DNA of 64,000 bases, taken from sequence record MZ443780.1; one strand, 5' to 3'. The notes beneath the pieces are model-generated. The model was not told the DNA's origin. It saw only the letters and a program-made list of their open reading frames with translations, and ran no database searches. The translations under genes and the position numbers were made by a program. Every line of letters begins with the position of its first letter. The stretch's first letter is position 1. Of the stretch, positions 29,001 to 39,004 are shown in pieces.

Positions 29001-31867
29001 ACACCGCCGATATCAACGTTGAACGTACCAGTTTGCAGGAAGCTCAGACCAACGATATAGATCGTGTTACGAGGAGCCTGAGAGATCACATCGTACATGC
29101 GCTCCTCGCCCCAGGTGTTCACAGTGTCAGCAGTGATTGGCACTGCGTTCCAACCGTCAACAATCTTATGCAGGTCGTCACACCAGTTTGCTACGAGATT
29201 TGACGGACAGATGATCAGAGGACGAATAGTCTCTTCACCCAAGTCGTCAAGCTCTTTGATGAGAGCAGCGATATCGGACAGACCGATAATCGTCTTACCA
29301 CCACCGGGCGCGATAAAGATTGTGGCAAAGCGTGGACGACGACGGAGCGTCTTGTGCGCTTCAACCTGATGCGGCAGTAACGCTGCACCGTCTTTCAGGC
29401 CAGGGATACGGATATCGTCAATCGTGATACCGCTATCTGGTTTCAGTCGCTCAATCTCATTCTCGGCCGATTCGAAAATCTCAAGAGACTTAGGAATCAC
29501 ATCGCTGTACATCGTAGCGAACGGCAGGATGATTTGTTGCAGACGTCCAGACCCAGGCGCTTGGTCGCTGTCAATCAGAGAGCTAAACAGCTTCTTACGA
29601 TCAGCAGTCACCAGAGAGTTTGCCATTTCACGATAGAGCGCACCACCGAAGTAGTTGTTCAGTCGTGCCATGTCAGACAGCTTGGACTTCTCACCCATCA
29701 CGAAGTAGTGCGTGTGGTTAGGCAGAGACTCGGTCGCAGCAGTGATGCTACCCATCTCATTCAGAGAAGTCATGATCAGGTTCGAACCACGCAGACCAGC
29801 AGCGTCATTCAGCACACGAAGCATGATGCGCAGCATAGTCAGAGCAGGGCGCTCGTTCGACATATCAGGCACAGAGAAGTCGTTGCCGATCAGGTTCTCA
29901 TACAGACCATTGTCCATAGAGCTTTCAGACAGGGAAGCATTCTCTGCATCCATGCCGACAGCTTTACGTGCGTTCTCTACCAGAGTTTTCAGATCAGGAA
30001 CTTGTTTGCTCTTGAGCATAAACTCGTAGGTCTGACACGTCTGGGCGATGATGTTAACCAGCTCAGGCAGATTAGAGCCTTCTGGGGAGTTGAACTTGAT
30101 TGTGGATTCGCTCACACTCTCAACCAACTTGCCACTGCCGGACTCTACCTTAGCAGCTTCGACCATCGTATCGAACGAGGTACGATACAGCGCCATACCG
30201 CCAGATGCCTGATTGTGATAGATGTTGCCAATCACGTTCGACACAGAACGGAAGTTAGGTGCTTCACCCGGCTCTGCGAAGTCGTAACCCAGAGCATCTG
30301 CTACGTCCAGCGAAGTCGGTGCTTTCATACCAACAGTACGCGTTTCGTTAACAGACAGGCCACCGCCGTTTGACGTGTTAACCACCAGCGCAAAGTCAGG
30401 GTCGATGCCGATACACACGTCACTGAAACGCGTCAGTGATTTAGCTTTCGCCTGCACTTCGCGGTCGTAATCGAGATTGCCGTTCTGGATAGCGAACATG
30501 TTGGTACGCAGCGTATCGTGCTCGGTAGACAGCGGGATGCCTTTTTCGAACAGGTCTTCAAGCACACCGTTCAGGCTAGTCTCGTATGTCTTAACCATGT
30601 CAACGTCGATATCTTCACGACGAGGCAGCACAGCCATAGTGCCGTTCGGCATGATGGTCATACCGTGCTCATCGGCCACAACATCGTTCACCACGTAGTT
30701 GAATTTCTCACGCAGCTTTTTCAGCTCAGGCAGAGAAGTGGCAGACGTGACGTAGCGCGGGATACGAGCAGCACGAGTGATACCGGTACGAGTAGAGTTA
30801 GCAACACGGAAGTAATAGCTCGCCCAACCCTGGAACCAACGATACAGACACATGGTCTGAGTCGCAGCGCCCTGAGAGATGTACTCAACCATTTCTTTCT
30901 CGAAGTTAACGATCAGACCACCTTCGACGCGGACGTCAGTGGCAAGCGCTACTTCATTGAAATCAACAGGAGTGTCGTGGCTGATCTTCATCGCTTGAAT
31001 CTTGCGGTCGATCATCGCTTTGCCCGGAATCGAGCGAATGCCGATGGTCATGAAGTCGCCCAGACCGTCTACTACCTGCTTGTCGAGATTGCGGAACAGG
31101 TCGATATCCAGATTGTGCATCGACGGGTGGATAGAGCGCAGTGCTGCGTTGTACACAGTCCAGTCTTTATCGAGTGGGATGCGAACCATCTTGGTATCGA
31201 ACACGTTGCTGTTATTGCGCTCAACGCCGAAGATATCTTTGTACATGGTCTTCGCCATGCGAATCGCGGCTTGTGCAATATCAGCGCTGTACGTTTGCAG
31301 GTTAGCGCGTTCGAACGTACCATCGTTGTCAACACGAGGACGGTCGCTACCCTGATTGTTCAGGATGTTGAAGTTACCGTTTGAAGCCAGCGGGCTAGTC
31401 GGGCACGGAGTACCAGACATGATGATATCTTTACCGCCAGGGAAACGTGTGGAGTTTTCGACGATAGCGCCAGAAGATGCAGACAGATGCTCAGCCAGCG
31501 AGGACTTAATCTCACGCGTTAGCTTGCTATCGTTCAACATCACATTGATCTTCAACGTCGCGGCTTCGATGTTGTTCTTGATACGCTTGGTGAAGTCGTC
31601 AGGAGAGACTTCCAGCATGTCTTCGAACTCAGCACCGTTAGTCACGATGTAGTTGATCAGGTCGAATGCGGCATAGATTCGAGCGACGGTAGATGCGGTG
31701 AACACTGCAAGGGTTTCGTAGTTGCGACGAGACTTCCCTGTAGCGTACATCTTCGACATTTTACCATCGAACTCGGGGGGCAACGGACGGATAGCAAGCG
31801 CCTGACTAAAGCTGTCGGCAATTTGCTGCGTCGCGGTGGCTGACGTACTGATCACTTGATTCATCAT
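26021..31867 (-). CDS. Giant SNF2-family helicase/ATPase
   Basis: 1948 aa; LLPHQ, APGGGKT, LDESH, IATGTL, and helicase-C motifs SEGHNMQ and PWSPGTYDQSTARIFR; about 820 aa of unassigned N-terminal sequence. Confidence 0.85.
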   Translation of the reverse strand: MMNQVISTSATATQQIADSFSQALAIRPLPPEFDGKMSKMYATGKSRRNYETLAVFTASTVARIYAAFDLINYIVTNGAEFEDMLEVSPDDFTKRIKNNIEAATLKINVMLNDSKLTREIKSSLAEHLSASSGAIVENSTRFPGGKDIIMSGTPCPTSPLASNGNFNILNNQGSDRPRVDNDGTFERANLQTYSADIAQAAIRMAKTMYKDIFGVERNNSNVFDTKMVRIPLDKDWTVYNAALRSIHPSMHNLDIDLFRNLDKQVVDGLGDFMTIGIRSIPGKAMIDRKIQAMKISHDTPVDFNEVALATDVRVEGGLIVNFEKEMVEYISQGAATQTMCLYRWFQGWASYYFRVANSTRTGITRAARIPRYVTSATSLPELKKLREKFNYVVNDVVADEHGMTIMPNGTMAVLPRREDIDVDMVKTYETSLNGVLEDLFEKGIPLSTEHDTLRTNMFAIQNGNLDYDREVQAKAKSLTRFSDVCIGIDPDFALVVNTSNGGGLSVNETRTVGMKAPTSLDVADALGYDFAEPGEAPNFRSVSNVIGNIYHNQASGGMALYRTSFDTMVEAAKVESGSGKLVESVSESTIKFNSPEGSNLPELVNIIAQTCQTYEFMLKSKQVPDLKTLVENARKAVGMDAENASLSESSMDNGLYENLIGNDFSVPDMSNERPALTMLRIMLRVLNDAAGLRGSNLIMTSLNEMGSITAATESLPNHTHYFVMGEKSKLSDMARLNNYFGGALYREMANSLVTADRKKLFSSLIDSDQAPGSGRLQQIILPFATMYSDVIPKSLEIFESAENEIERLKPDSGITIDDIRIPGLKDGAALLPHQVEAHKTLRRRPRFATIFIAPGGGKTIIGLSDIAALIKELDDLGEETIRPLIICPSNLVANWCDDLHKIVDGWNAVPITADTVNTWGEERMYDVISQAPRNTIYIVGLSFLQTGTFNVDIGGVRVRVRGAVEFVNRFRFSYVLLDESHKVKNFSGGQAGSQVHFNTKAVFTAPSVRYARIATGTLVTDRVRDIVGQAALMTPAMFGDSLDVAYDGAKDDIEMIRRAHSRMANHTAFISFKRKHWAFMLPNPIDTFIQVEIDDPSVPNSALHQEVYNAMYAEVLEKLDEAARNAKKSKSSDDEDDETGGGDNENATDIDEDDIEEGDDLGALLAGNADLNMYFQRMEMMLTDPMGDDVARLTFEAAGVNNFVSAKVLTIIDRIKKHFEVQPERDIMVKEQQIFEWKPGVQPRELDIAVYNGQKYLARKQSEEFQRQDLPPSMTPPPDDPDYWKPEVQGKLIVFTRYVRAANAIYNALPANYKKVAVVYHGEVGKLGQNKDANLDAFKTDPNVQILIANEQAISEGHNMQMGSRIIRCDTPWSPGTYDQSTARIFRPDVAAAKLDENGKPGDMAREVVFIDWVMTNKTLEVGKVARLMWKTLEKTRFDEKGNKRYEALDQYKLDPIKMSPSLLLDNNTMKDFEPYFLAKRDLNEIESQEFQEMRRTTVAAMQALPSTPALNDFRVMEQTPFVANQKIPDRHGWGLERILDWARNRNFASGENLKDSLNRAPVVTEYGNGLIVSVTARMVDGKLRADSPISTVRVRLAGTGETVSIPATKVHIATKVDKADLKRFFEQRKPWANEKDRKRANAEANRVEVEDTVLDETQTADTKETEKKVEAQARKAARVAQRKQNKEEGKPINEGVEEAAKKVRRRKAADLPPLANTTTRMKPGAKAVAEATGSDMALELTPTVYNGFVALYADATDPDAKALKEFDFVEFGDYVYYDCAYYADFEALLDFIEVKKKLSFDRMSEKRLEFVLDFFDESTPRMGFNVKLATKGQEQLPKFFLVKHKSASDKNHIKAYPMVMEDRLRIMFDLKTNPKMKRFVGTKIPNTRKFGTFDQAPGMWIGFVKNVATAKSRINKIVKAGYTITNIKRVTTALDKLKLTMSKNKSV

Positions 31868-32358
31868 TCACCCGATTTAATGTAGTTGTCAATCACGGAC
31901 TGCCACACCGTTGGAACTGGTAGGCGACGGTCCGCAGCGATATCTGAAAGCACGACAGCCAGCGCATAAGCGCGAAGCGGAGCGAGACCCTCAAACTTAT
32001 CACGCGTAAACACAGACATGAGTTGGTCATTAGTCAGTGTCTGGTATTGCGCACGATACTCTGAAAGGTACTGGCCATACTTGCCGTCGTCAACTGGCGT
32101 AGTGTCCGGAATGCTCTGGACATACAGCAGCGCTTTCCCAAGTGCATCCATAATCAGAAGCAAATCTGCTTGATCATACGGAGTGATATCAGGCACGTTG
32201 GAGCGACCCATCAATTCGAGAACTGATTGAGGCAACTGGATAGGCTCTCGTTCAGCCGAGAGGGACTTCATTACACCACCAGCAGCTCCTGCGTATGACT
32301 TATCGCTACACGCAAGTTCCGACAGTAGAGTATGAAGACGCGTGTTTACGTCATTCAC
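31864..32358 (-). CDS. Hypothetical protein
   Basis: 164 aa, stop overlaps the SNF2 start. Confidence 0.6.
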   Translation of the reverse strand: MNDVNTRLHTLLSELACSDKSYAGAAGGVMKSLSAEREPIQLPQSVLELMGRSNVPDITPYDQADLLLIMDALGKALLYVQSIPDTTPVDDGKYGQYLSEYRAQYQTLTNDQLMSVFTRDKFEGLAPLRAYALAVVLSDIAADRRLPVPTVWQSVIDNYIKSGE

Positions 32359-32368
32359 GGTTCTTCTC

Positions 32369-33151
32369 CTAAATAAAAATGCTCTTGACCAGAGTGTTCA
32401 GTTTCTTTTCCACCGCATGACGTTTATACGTGGTCAGGAAACAACACAGCCTGCGTGATTGAATGTGCAGTGCAATCGCATTGCCCCGAACGCGCATACA
32501 GTCAACACCAAGATCAATACTCCACGGATGCCACGCACGAGGCGCAAGCATACCCTGCTGAATTGTCGGATAAGTGTCCGGCACAACAGGTAGAGGAGAC
32601 TTTTCCAATTTCTTGGTCAAATTATCAGTTTTGAACAACGCTTTAGGCTGTTTGTTCGAAAACCAGTAAGGAACCTGCTTATGCAGTATCTCGCCAACTT
32701 TCGGTATACCACCGCGAGTTGTTTGAGGCACATACACGAGGTAGATATCGATCGTGGTATTGAGACAGTTAGCGACACGGTTGTAGTCGCTGTTTGTGCG
32801 CGACTGCACATCAGCCAGACGGAACTTATTGCTGAACTCAATACGTTGCAGCCACTGCTTGAGGTCATTTTGTTGAATCTTCAACAATGCTTTCGCCTGA
32901 TCGATAGAGTGCAACGTAACAGGCGGAATATGACGCAGCAGGAACTTAGTGCTTGTGCGAGACAGCGACGAGATGAACCCTTCGACTACTCGCTCCATGC
33001 CTAGAGGCTGAGGCAGTGAGTGAAACAGATCAACCGCAGTCTGCGTCGAAATGAATGCACCCCATGCTTCGATATACTCTGGGTCAACGCAATCAGGGAA
33101 GTTGCGAAGGTCCAGCCCTACATCTGAGCCATAACGTTTCAAACGACTCAC
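32369..33151 (-). CDS. Hypothetical protein
   Basis: 260 aa, GTG start overlapping the upstream TGA. Confidence 0.6.
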   Translation of the reverse strand: MSRLKRYGSDVGLDLRNFPDCVDPEYIEAWGAFISTQTAVDLFHSLPQPLGMERVVEGFISSLSRTSTKFLLRHIPPVTLHSIDQAKALLKIQQNDLKQWLQRIEFSNKFRLADVQSRTNSDYNRVANCLNTTIDIYLVYVPQTTRGGIPKVGEILHKQVPYWFSNKQPKALFKTDNLTKKLEKSPLPVVPDTYPTIQQGMLAPRAWHPWSIDLGVDCMRVRGNAIALHIQSRRLCCFLTTYKRHAVEKKLNTLVKSIFI

Positions 33152-33513
33152 CGTTTACCTCCATGAAGCAATCGAGAGCCACGACGGTTGTTACTGCCTA
33201 TCTGGTTGTTGTCGCATGAATAACACAACAGTTCAAGATTGTGCTTCATGTTCGAACCGCCTTTGGCGTGTCCAACTTTGTGGTTGAGAATAAGCTGGGC
33301 AGTAGGTACGCCACAGCGTTCGCAGAATTGACCACGCTCGTCGATGATACTCATCTTGAGTCGAGTCCAGTCTGCTCTGTCCATACGAACGTGAGTACCT
33401 GCGCGAGCACGTTCAAAGCCTGTAACACCAGCAAGACGTTGTGACGTGGACATGCTTCTGCCACGACCACCCATAGTTCTCGCTGCAATACCACCCTTAG
33501 GTCTGTATGCCAT
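33148..33513 (-). CDS. Small HNH endonuclease-family protein
   Basis: CERCG..LNHKV..KGGSNMKHNLELLCYSC. Confidence 0.8.
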   Translation of the reverse strand: MAYRPKGGIAARTMGGRGRSMSTSQRLAGVTGFERARAGTHVRMDRADWTRLKMSIIDERGQFCERCGVPTAQLILNHKVGHAKGGSNMKHNLELLCYSCDNNQIGSNNRRGSRLLHGGKR

Positions 33514-33546
33514 GTCAATCTCCTAAATACAATGTTATTTACAGAC

Positions 33547-34368
33547 TTAGGCGCTCGCACTGAATATCTGAACCGTCTTTGACAGACTGGCTTGATAGGA
33601 TTGCTCTATGTCTTTCGCCGCGTTACGAACGATCTGGGTCACCTGATTCTGAGCACCAGCAATCATCTCAATAGGCAGATTCTTCTTGTTCCATGCGTTG
33701 AGCTTGTGGAACACGTCTACGAGGATTGTACCGGCAGACTCTGCGAATGGTGCAAGCACTTCGACGTTGAGTATCTCACCCAGCTGGCCAACGTCACGCA
33801 GCGCACGAAGGTCAGCAATGATCTCACGCATCTGGTTATACAGTTGCATGAGCGCGTAAATATCACGGCTCTGTTTGCCCGCTTTGTATTGCTTCTCGCA
33901 GATACGTGCCATATCCTGACACTGAGTAAACATGGTCATGTACTCTTGAATCTGCGCGTTCTCTTGTTTGATAACGTCAGGGATTTCGTCCATCGCTTCG
34001 ATGAACTGACCTTCGAGAACGGCAACATCGGTGCTCAAACTCTTTTTGTCTTTCTTCTTTTTCTTCTTGAGAGTATCAACCGCATTCTCTTTTTTCTTTT
34101 TCTTCTTCACCTTTTCAGGCTTAGGTTCGTTAAGAGACTGCATTGCCTTTTGTGACGCTGCGATATCCGAATAGAACGACTCGGGATCAATGTGTTTCGG
34201 CAGCTCGTCGTTAACAGAGTCAGACTTCTTTTTCTTTTTGACCTTAACGCCTTTGCTAACTGTTTTAGCTTTCTTGACGGTGGTCTTAGCTTTAACTTTT
34301 GCTTTGCTCTTTTTCTTTGCAGGAGCTTGTGCAAAAGAGCCAATGTCATCCAAGCTTATGGCCGCCAT
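33547..34368 (-). CDS. Hypothetical protein with a very Lys-rich N-terminus and a helical C-terminus
   Basis: 273 aa; runs such as KVKKKKKS and KKKKKKDKK. Confidence 0.6.
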   Translation of the reverse strand: MAAISLDDIGSFAQAPAKKKSKAKVKAKTTVKKAKTVSKGVKVKKKKKSDSVNDELPKHIDPESFYSDIAASQKAMQSLNEPKPEKVKKKKKKENAVDTLKKKKKKDKKSLSTDVAVLEGQFIEAMDEIPDVIKQENAQIQEYMTMFTQCQDMARICEKQYKAGKQSRDIYALMQLYNQMREIIADLRALRDVGQLGEILNVEVLAPFAESAGTILVDVFHKLNAWNKKNLPIEMIAGAQNQVTQIVRNAAKDIEQSYQASLSKTVQIFSASA

Positions 34369-34390
34369 ATGAAAATCCTCAGTAGAAACG

Positions 34391-34418
34391 AAAAAGGGAA
34401 CCCCGCGAGGCTCCCTTT
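34391..34418 (-). terminator. Rho-independent terminator
   Basis: AAAGGGAGCCTC-GCGG-GGTTCCCTTTTT. Confidence 0.75.
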
Positions 34419-34427
34419 AGGGTTTGT

Positions 34428-35234
34428 TTAGAAGCTATGACCTTTGATGATCGTTGCCAGCTTGTCGTAGTATTCAGGGCTGTAGCGGAATACTTGTTTG
34501 TAGTAGTCCAGCAGCTTAGGAACGTCTACTCCAGCGGCAGCAGATACTGAATCAACCTGAGGGAAGTGCTTGTCGTCCAGCTCATCGCCAGACAGCACAG
34601 CTACCATGCTCATGGAGCTGATTTGCTCTTCCTGACCCTGCTCGTCAACAACGAGGAAGGTGTTGTCGTCAGTCACGGCAGCAGCAACGAAACCAACTTT
34701 CAGTTCACCGCTGTTTGACACGAAGCTAATCATGTCGCCACCAGCAGCGCCCGCCAGTACGGCATTGTGACGTGCGATAGTCGCAGCCAGTTCAGGCATA
34801 GAAGTCTGAATGTTTGTAGCAGACGCGCCGGACACGGAACGAATCATGTTGATCAGTTCAGAGTTATCGTTCGCATCGCTTTCGCGTACCAGAACATCTT
34901 CACCGCTTTCGCTGCGGCGAATAGCCCACATGCGCTCTGACTTGTCCATGTACATGTTCTTGGACAGCGCCTGGAACTCGTCACCCATCTGCGACACAGG
35001 AACGATATCCTGCATACGGTGCATGACAGTACGGATGAAGCTGGTGGTTTTACCCGCGTCCAGAACAGTAGCAGCGCCAGCAACAGGAACGTATTCACGA
35101 TTGCAGGAAGCGCTCACAACAGCACCGAAGTTGTCGGCAATGTTCTCGCCGTGAGCGTGTGTAACTTGCACGATGGCCACGCTCTGGTTGTCGTTGAGCT
35201 GGTCAATCTGTTTGATGAAAGCCTTCATTGTCAT
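34428..35234 (-). CDS. Hypothetical protein, probably virion-associated
   Basis: 268 aa, preceded by a CTAATTT motif. Confidence 0.5.
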   Translation of the reverse strand: MTMKAFIKQIDQLNDNQSVAIVQVTHAHGENIADNFGAVVSASCNREYVPVAGAATVLDAGKTTSFIRTVMHRMQDIVPVSQMGDEFQALSKNMYMDKSERMWAIRRSESGEDVLVRESDANDNSELINMIRSVSGASATNIQTSMPELAATIARHNAVLAGAAGGDMISFVSNSGELKVGFVAAAVTDDNTFLVVDEQGQEEQISSMSMVAVLSGDELDDKHFPQVDSVSAAAGVDVPKLLDYYKQVFRYSPEYYDKLATIIKGHSF

Positions 35235-35275
35235 CTCCTGAATGTTTCGACAATATGAAATTAGTAAACTTAGGG

Positions 35276-36439
35276 TTAGCCAGTCACGCGATAACGCGCA
35301 TTGACCCAGATACTACGGTTACCAACAGTAGCCCATTTGGTTGTTGGGCTATTTGTGATGCCGAGCTTGCCAAGTGCGCGAGCACCGTCAATCGCACCAG
35401 CACCCTGAGAACCATCACCGTCGTTGATTCCGGCTTTAGACAGTTTGTTCTTCAAGTTCGTAACAGGACCTTGAATCTGTGTTTCGAGTCGACCTAAAGC
35501 AGACTCAATAGCAGGCGTACGGTCCATGTTTAAGTTGACGACTTGACCTGTGAAGTCAAACGCCATTTGCCCTTCTGCTTGAAGTTGTGCAGACAGCGCA
35601 TAATAGCAGCTACAGGTAATCCAGCCGTCTAAGATTGTGCCCTGCATGTTCGTACCGTTAAAGCCGGTGACACGCGGACCAATCATATTGAACAGCGCAA
35701 GGCCACGATACAGATAACCAACAAGGTCAGCCTGAGTGTATTCAAGCTCAGGGATAACGTTGTATGCTCTCGCTTTGTTGATGTGGTCTTCAACCATCGA
35801 CGCTGCAATGAGAACTTGCGGCGTGATTGCCCACAACTTAAACGTGAACATCTTGGTTGTCTTACGTGTCGCCGAAGTGTAATGCACGATCAAGCTAATC
35901 GGCTCAAGGCGACGAGTAGCAACCCATACAGGAACTTGGAACACGCAGGTCTTTGCGCGGTTCACAATCATCTTCACACCAGCATCGCCGGAGTCGATAT
36001 CAGATGCAACGATTTGGTTGTTGAGTGCGAGTTGGAATTTCAGCTTATCGCCACGCGTGTCGAAGTGAAACGGCAACGTTATCTCAAACGTTTCGTTATC
36101 CCCAAACAGCGTAACGATATCAGTCACACGGTTTTCAGTCAGTGGCTCAACGATGAGTTCCTGACGCGACTGCATGACACCTTCTTCCGACTCGTACCGC
36201 CATGTGACTACAAGACGTTTATCGTCCACCAGCCCCATGTTAGGAACAGCAACGTCAGCAGTCCACGAGCCGGGAATCTCACCCGGCGTAGCGACCACTT
36301 GAGCCAGCACTGATTTATCATCAGGGTCAATGAGGCTTACGACAGGCCCCATATCATCTGACTGCGGATAGACTGGCTGGTCGAGGTCATTAAAGAATGT
36401 TTCCTCAATGACCAACACATTACCTTCTGTTGTGCGCAT
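35276..36439 (-). CDS. Putative neck/head-tail adaptor-like structural protein
   Basis: Likely start MRTTEG at 36439; C-terminal YTQADLVGYL..FN....WITCSCYYAL..FDFTG..LNMDRT recalls neck/adaptor proteins. Weak call. Confidence 0.4.
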   Translation of the reverse strand: MRTTEGNVLVIEETFFNDLDQPVYPQSDDMGPVVSLIDPDDKSVLAQVVATPGEIPGSWTADVAVPNMGLVDDKRLVVTWRYESEEGVMQSRQELIVEPLTENRVTDIVTLFGDNETFEITLPFHFDTRGDKLKFQLALNNQIVASDIDSGDAGVKMIVNRAKTCVFQVPVWVATRRLEPISLIVHYTSATRKTTKMFTFKLWAITPQVLIAASMVEDHINKARAYNVIPELEYTQADLVGYLYRGLALFNMIGPRVTGFNGTNMQGTILDGWITCSCYYALSAQLQAEGQMAFDFTGQVVNLNMDRTPAIESALGRLETQIQGPVTNLKNKLSKAGINDGDGSQGAGAIDGARALGKLGITNSPTTKWATVGNRSIWVNARYRVTG

Positions 36440-36440
36440 A

Positions 36441-37547
36441 TCAGTCCGCCTTAGTGAGTCCCAGATACTCAATCAGATTGCGTAGCTGGTCGTTATACCC
36501 ACCTTCGATTAGCGCTCGTGCCATTGCAACGTGGTTCGAGTTCGCAGTGCGCACTACCTTGGCCTGATACTCAGGAACGTTCTGCATGTTCTGACTCAGG
36601 TTGTAGAAGTAACTGCGCACGAAGTTGGTTCGCTCCACGTTACTCGCTTCCATATCGCTTGTGTCCTGTGTAGGAGTCAGCAGCAGATAGAGAGCAGCAA
36701 GCAGTTCAGGACTTTGGTCAACGACAGGCGAGGCAAGCGAAGCAGCAATCTTCGTCATGCCTTTCGCAATGAAGTCAACCACAGTCTTCTCAATGTACGC
36801 TGTCCCCGCCTTGCCGACGTTCGGCAGATACAGATTAGGCAGGATATAGATACAGAAGTACAGAGGGAAATCTTTACGCATCACATCGGTGATGAGCATC
36901 TCGGAGTAATCTTTCCAGATGTTCAGGTTGAAGTGCCACTCATCGTAAGGCACAGTGCGCATCAGGTTAGATACCGTCAGGTCGCGCACCAGATTCGCCT
37001 GCGATGCAAGATCGCGAGCGCTCTGAGAAGGGCCGAGAGTAGAACTCGACACCAGTTGAACGTAGTTGCGAGTGACAGCACCCACAGTGTTATACACAAC
37101 GTTCAACATCTCTACCCCGTTACCGTTAAGTCCGAAGATAACAGAACGAGGCAGGCCGATTGTGATGTACTCGTTATTATTGTCAACGCCCCACAAGCGC
37201 CAGTAACGCCCGCGACCAAGCTGAGTCATAGGCTGCGGGAGAATACGATTAGCGCGAGGTTTCAGGCAGAACGTGAAGCAGATACCGCTATCAATCATGA
37301 TCACTGAATCATCAGGACGATTCGAGTAACCCATCGACATATCGTTATCCGTCGAGTACACGTTCACCAGAGTGAAGTTCAGAGACTTGGTGAAAGGCAT
37401 CTGAGCTTCAATCAAATAGGCGAGGACTTGACGAACGATAGTATCAAGCACATACGGACTAGCAGAACGCATTTGTTGCGGACGGTATTGCCCGCTGAAT
37501 GTGTTCTCTTTGAATGTGCGATCTACCTTGAAGTGCGTCAACGCCAT
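36441..37547 (-). CDS. Hypothetical protein
   Basis: 368 aa in the same operon. Confidence 0.6.
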   Translation of the reverse strand: MALTHFKVDRTFKENTFSGQYRPQQMRSASPYVLDTIVRQVLAYLIEAQMPFTKSLNFTLVNVYSTDNDMSMGYSNRPDDSVIMIDSGICFTFCLKPRANRILPQPMTQLGRGRYWRLWGVDNNNEYITIGLPRSVIFGLNGNGVEMLNVVYNTVGAVTRNYVQLVSSSTLGPSQSARDLASQANLVRDLTVSNLMRTVPYDEWHFNLNIWKDYSEMLITDVMRKDFPLYFCIYILPNLYLPNVGKAGTAYIEKTVVDFIAKGMTKIAASLASPVVDQSPELLAALYLLLTPTQDTSDMEASNVERTNFVRSYFYNLSQNMQNVPEYQAKVVRTANSNHVAMARALIEGGYNDQLRNLIEYLGLTKAD

Positions 37548-38836
37548 TACTTAACCGATTGCTTGAGCAGTCGTTTCTGCGCAGGGCTGAGACCCATGAC
37601 TTCGGCAATGTCGTCGATTTTCTTCAACGTCAGTACGCCTTTCGCAGTGCCGCCGCTACCGGTCAGGGAGACCTTAACGAACTCACGTCCGCTACGACCA
37701 TTGACCATCTGGTGAACGATGCTGTTCTTACCGCCGCGGCCAGCACGAAGCGCAGTCGATGCCATGCCCAGGATTTCGGTAACAGCTTCTTTCTTCTCGG
37801 TAGGGCTGAGGCCCGGAGCAAGACGAACATACAGGCTGTCATTCTGGACACGCACGTTGTCGAAGATTTCTTTCTTACGACCGCGAATGGTGTGCTGTGC
37901 ATTACCCAGCTGAGTGGTGTCACGCAGGTTCTGAGTAGAGCGGTTGATTGGCTTACGCTCACTGTAGTTCAGGAAGCCGTCGAGAGCCATCAGGTGGTTG
38001 ATGGTACGCTTCATCTCAGGAGCAGTTTTAATCTGACGACCCATAGGGAAGCTGCCCGGAACTTTCTCGTCAACGAGTGACGTCAGGAAGTTCTCACTGA
38101 TACCGCTTGCCACTGCGATAGTGGTAGACAGCACCAGAGCATAGTTCGGGTAGTGCAGACCATCAGAGTTTACGAAGTTGTCGATAAACACATAGGTCTG
38201 GAAGCAGATAGGGTCGGTGCCTGACGCGATGAATGTACGAGTACGAATCTTCGAATAGTCTTCTTTATTCAGAATCTTCGACAGGTAGTTAGCGATAGTC
38301 GCAGCCAGCTTGGTATGTTCTTTCGGAGCGCCGTTCTTAACGTCGATGCTCATCAGTTTAACCAATTTGGTCTGCTGGTCTTTCGCTTGCGTGATGACGT
38401 TCAGCAGGGACTTTGCAGCAGTGCTCTGATCTTTAAATGCGCTGAAAGTCTTGCTGCTAAGAATCTGATAGGCGACAGACAGTTCACCAATTGCTTGTGA
38501 CAGTTGGCTAACCTGCTGGTTATACTGCGCCTTGTTCTTAACGTCAGTGATATCAATCTTCGACAGGTCGATTACCTGATTCAGGTCGATAGCTTTTGCC
38601 TGTTTGCCTTTGATTGAACCTTCAATATCAGACAGTTCAATCGCTTTGGCACTCATCGACAGGAGTTTTTTCGGGATGACGACAGACGTGGCTTGTGCGA
38701 TAACTTTATCGAGTACGTTGCGGAACTCTTTCGCTGTACGCGCACCGCGTAGGGCAGTCATGTTCCCAGAGCTATAGTCAACAGATGCGCTGATACTGCT
38801 AACTTCATTGTTTTTGGCAGTCTTAGCCATGATCAT
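37547..38836 (-). CDS. Hypothetical protein, probably virion-associated
   Basis: 429 aa, preceded by CGCTAATTTT; ISASV and LSMSA near the N-terminus. Confidence 0.55.
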   Translation of the reverse strand: MIMAKTAKNNEVSSISASVDYSSGNMTALRGARTAKEFRNVLDKVIAQATSVVIPKKLLSMSAKAIELSDIEGSIKGKQAKAIDLNQVIDLSKIDITDVKNKAQYNQQVSQLSQAIGELSVAYQILSSKTFSAFKDQSTAAKSLLNVITQAKDQQTKLVKLMSIDVKNGAPKEHTKLAATIANYLSKILNKEDYSKIRTRTFIASGTDPICFQTYVFIDNFVNSDGLHYPNYALVLSTTIAVASGISENFLTSLVDEKVPGSFPMGRQIKTAPEMKRTINHLMALDGFLNYSERKPINRSTQNLRDTTQLGNAQHTIRGRKKEIFDNVRVQNDSLYVRLAPGLSPTEKKEAVTEILGMASTALRAGRGGKNSIVHQMVNGRSGREFVKVSLTGSGGTAKGVLTLKKIDDIAEVMGLSPAQKRLLKQSVK

Positions 38837-38942
38837 CCTCTACTGGGTCTAGTAATCATATCGAATAAAAATTAGCGACTAAGGGCTGATTTGTCCGATA
38901 TAGTGTTCGCATAGACTTTACAAATTTCAGGCGCATGAATGC

Positions 38943-38972
38943 AAAAAGGGGCAGCCGAAGCCACCCCTTTTT
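38943..38972 (-). terminator. Terminator of the repeated family
   Basis: AAAAAGGGGTGGC-TTCG-GCTGCCCCTTTTT, with T tracts on both strands. Confidence 0.85.
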
Positions 38973-39004
38973 GTTTCGTAGTAGTGTCGAATCGACCAGG
39001 CCGA

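Noticed and set aside
33547-34368. Terminase small subunit call for the Lys-rich protein
   Set aside because: No large terminase nearby and no recognisable motif; left as hypothetical.
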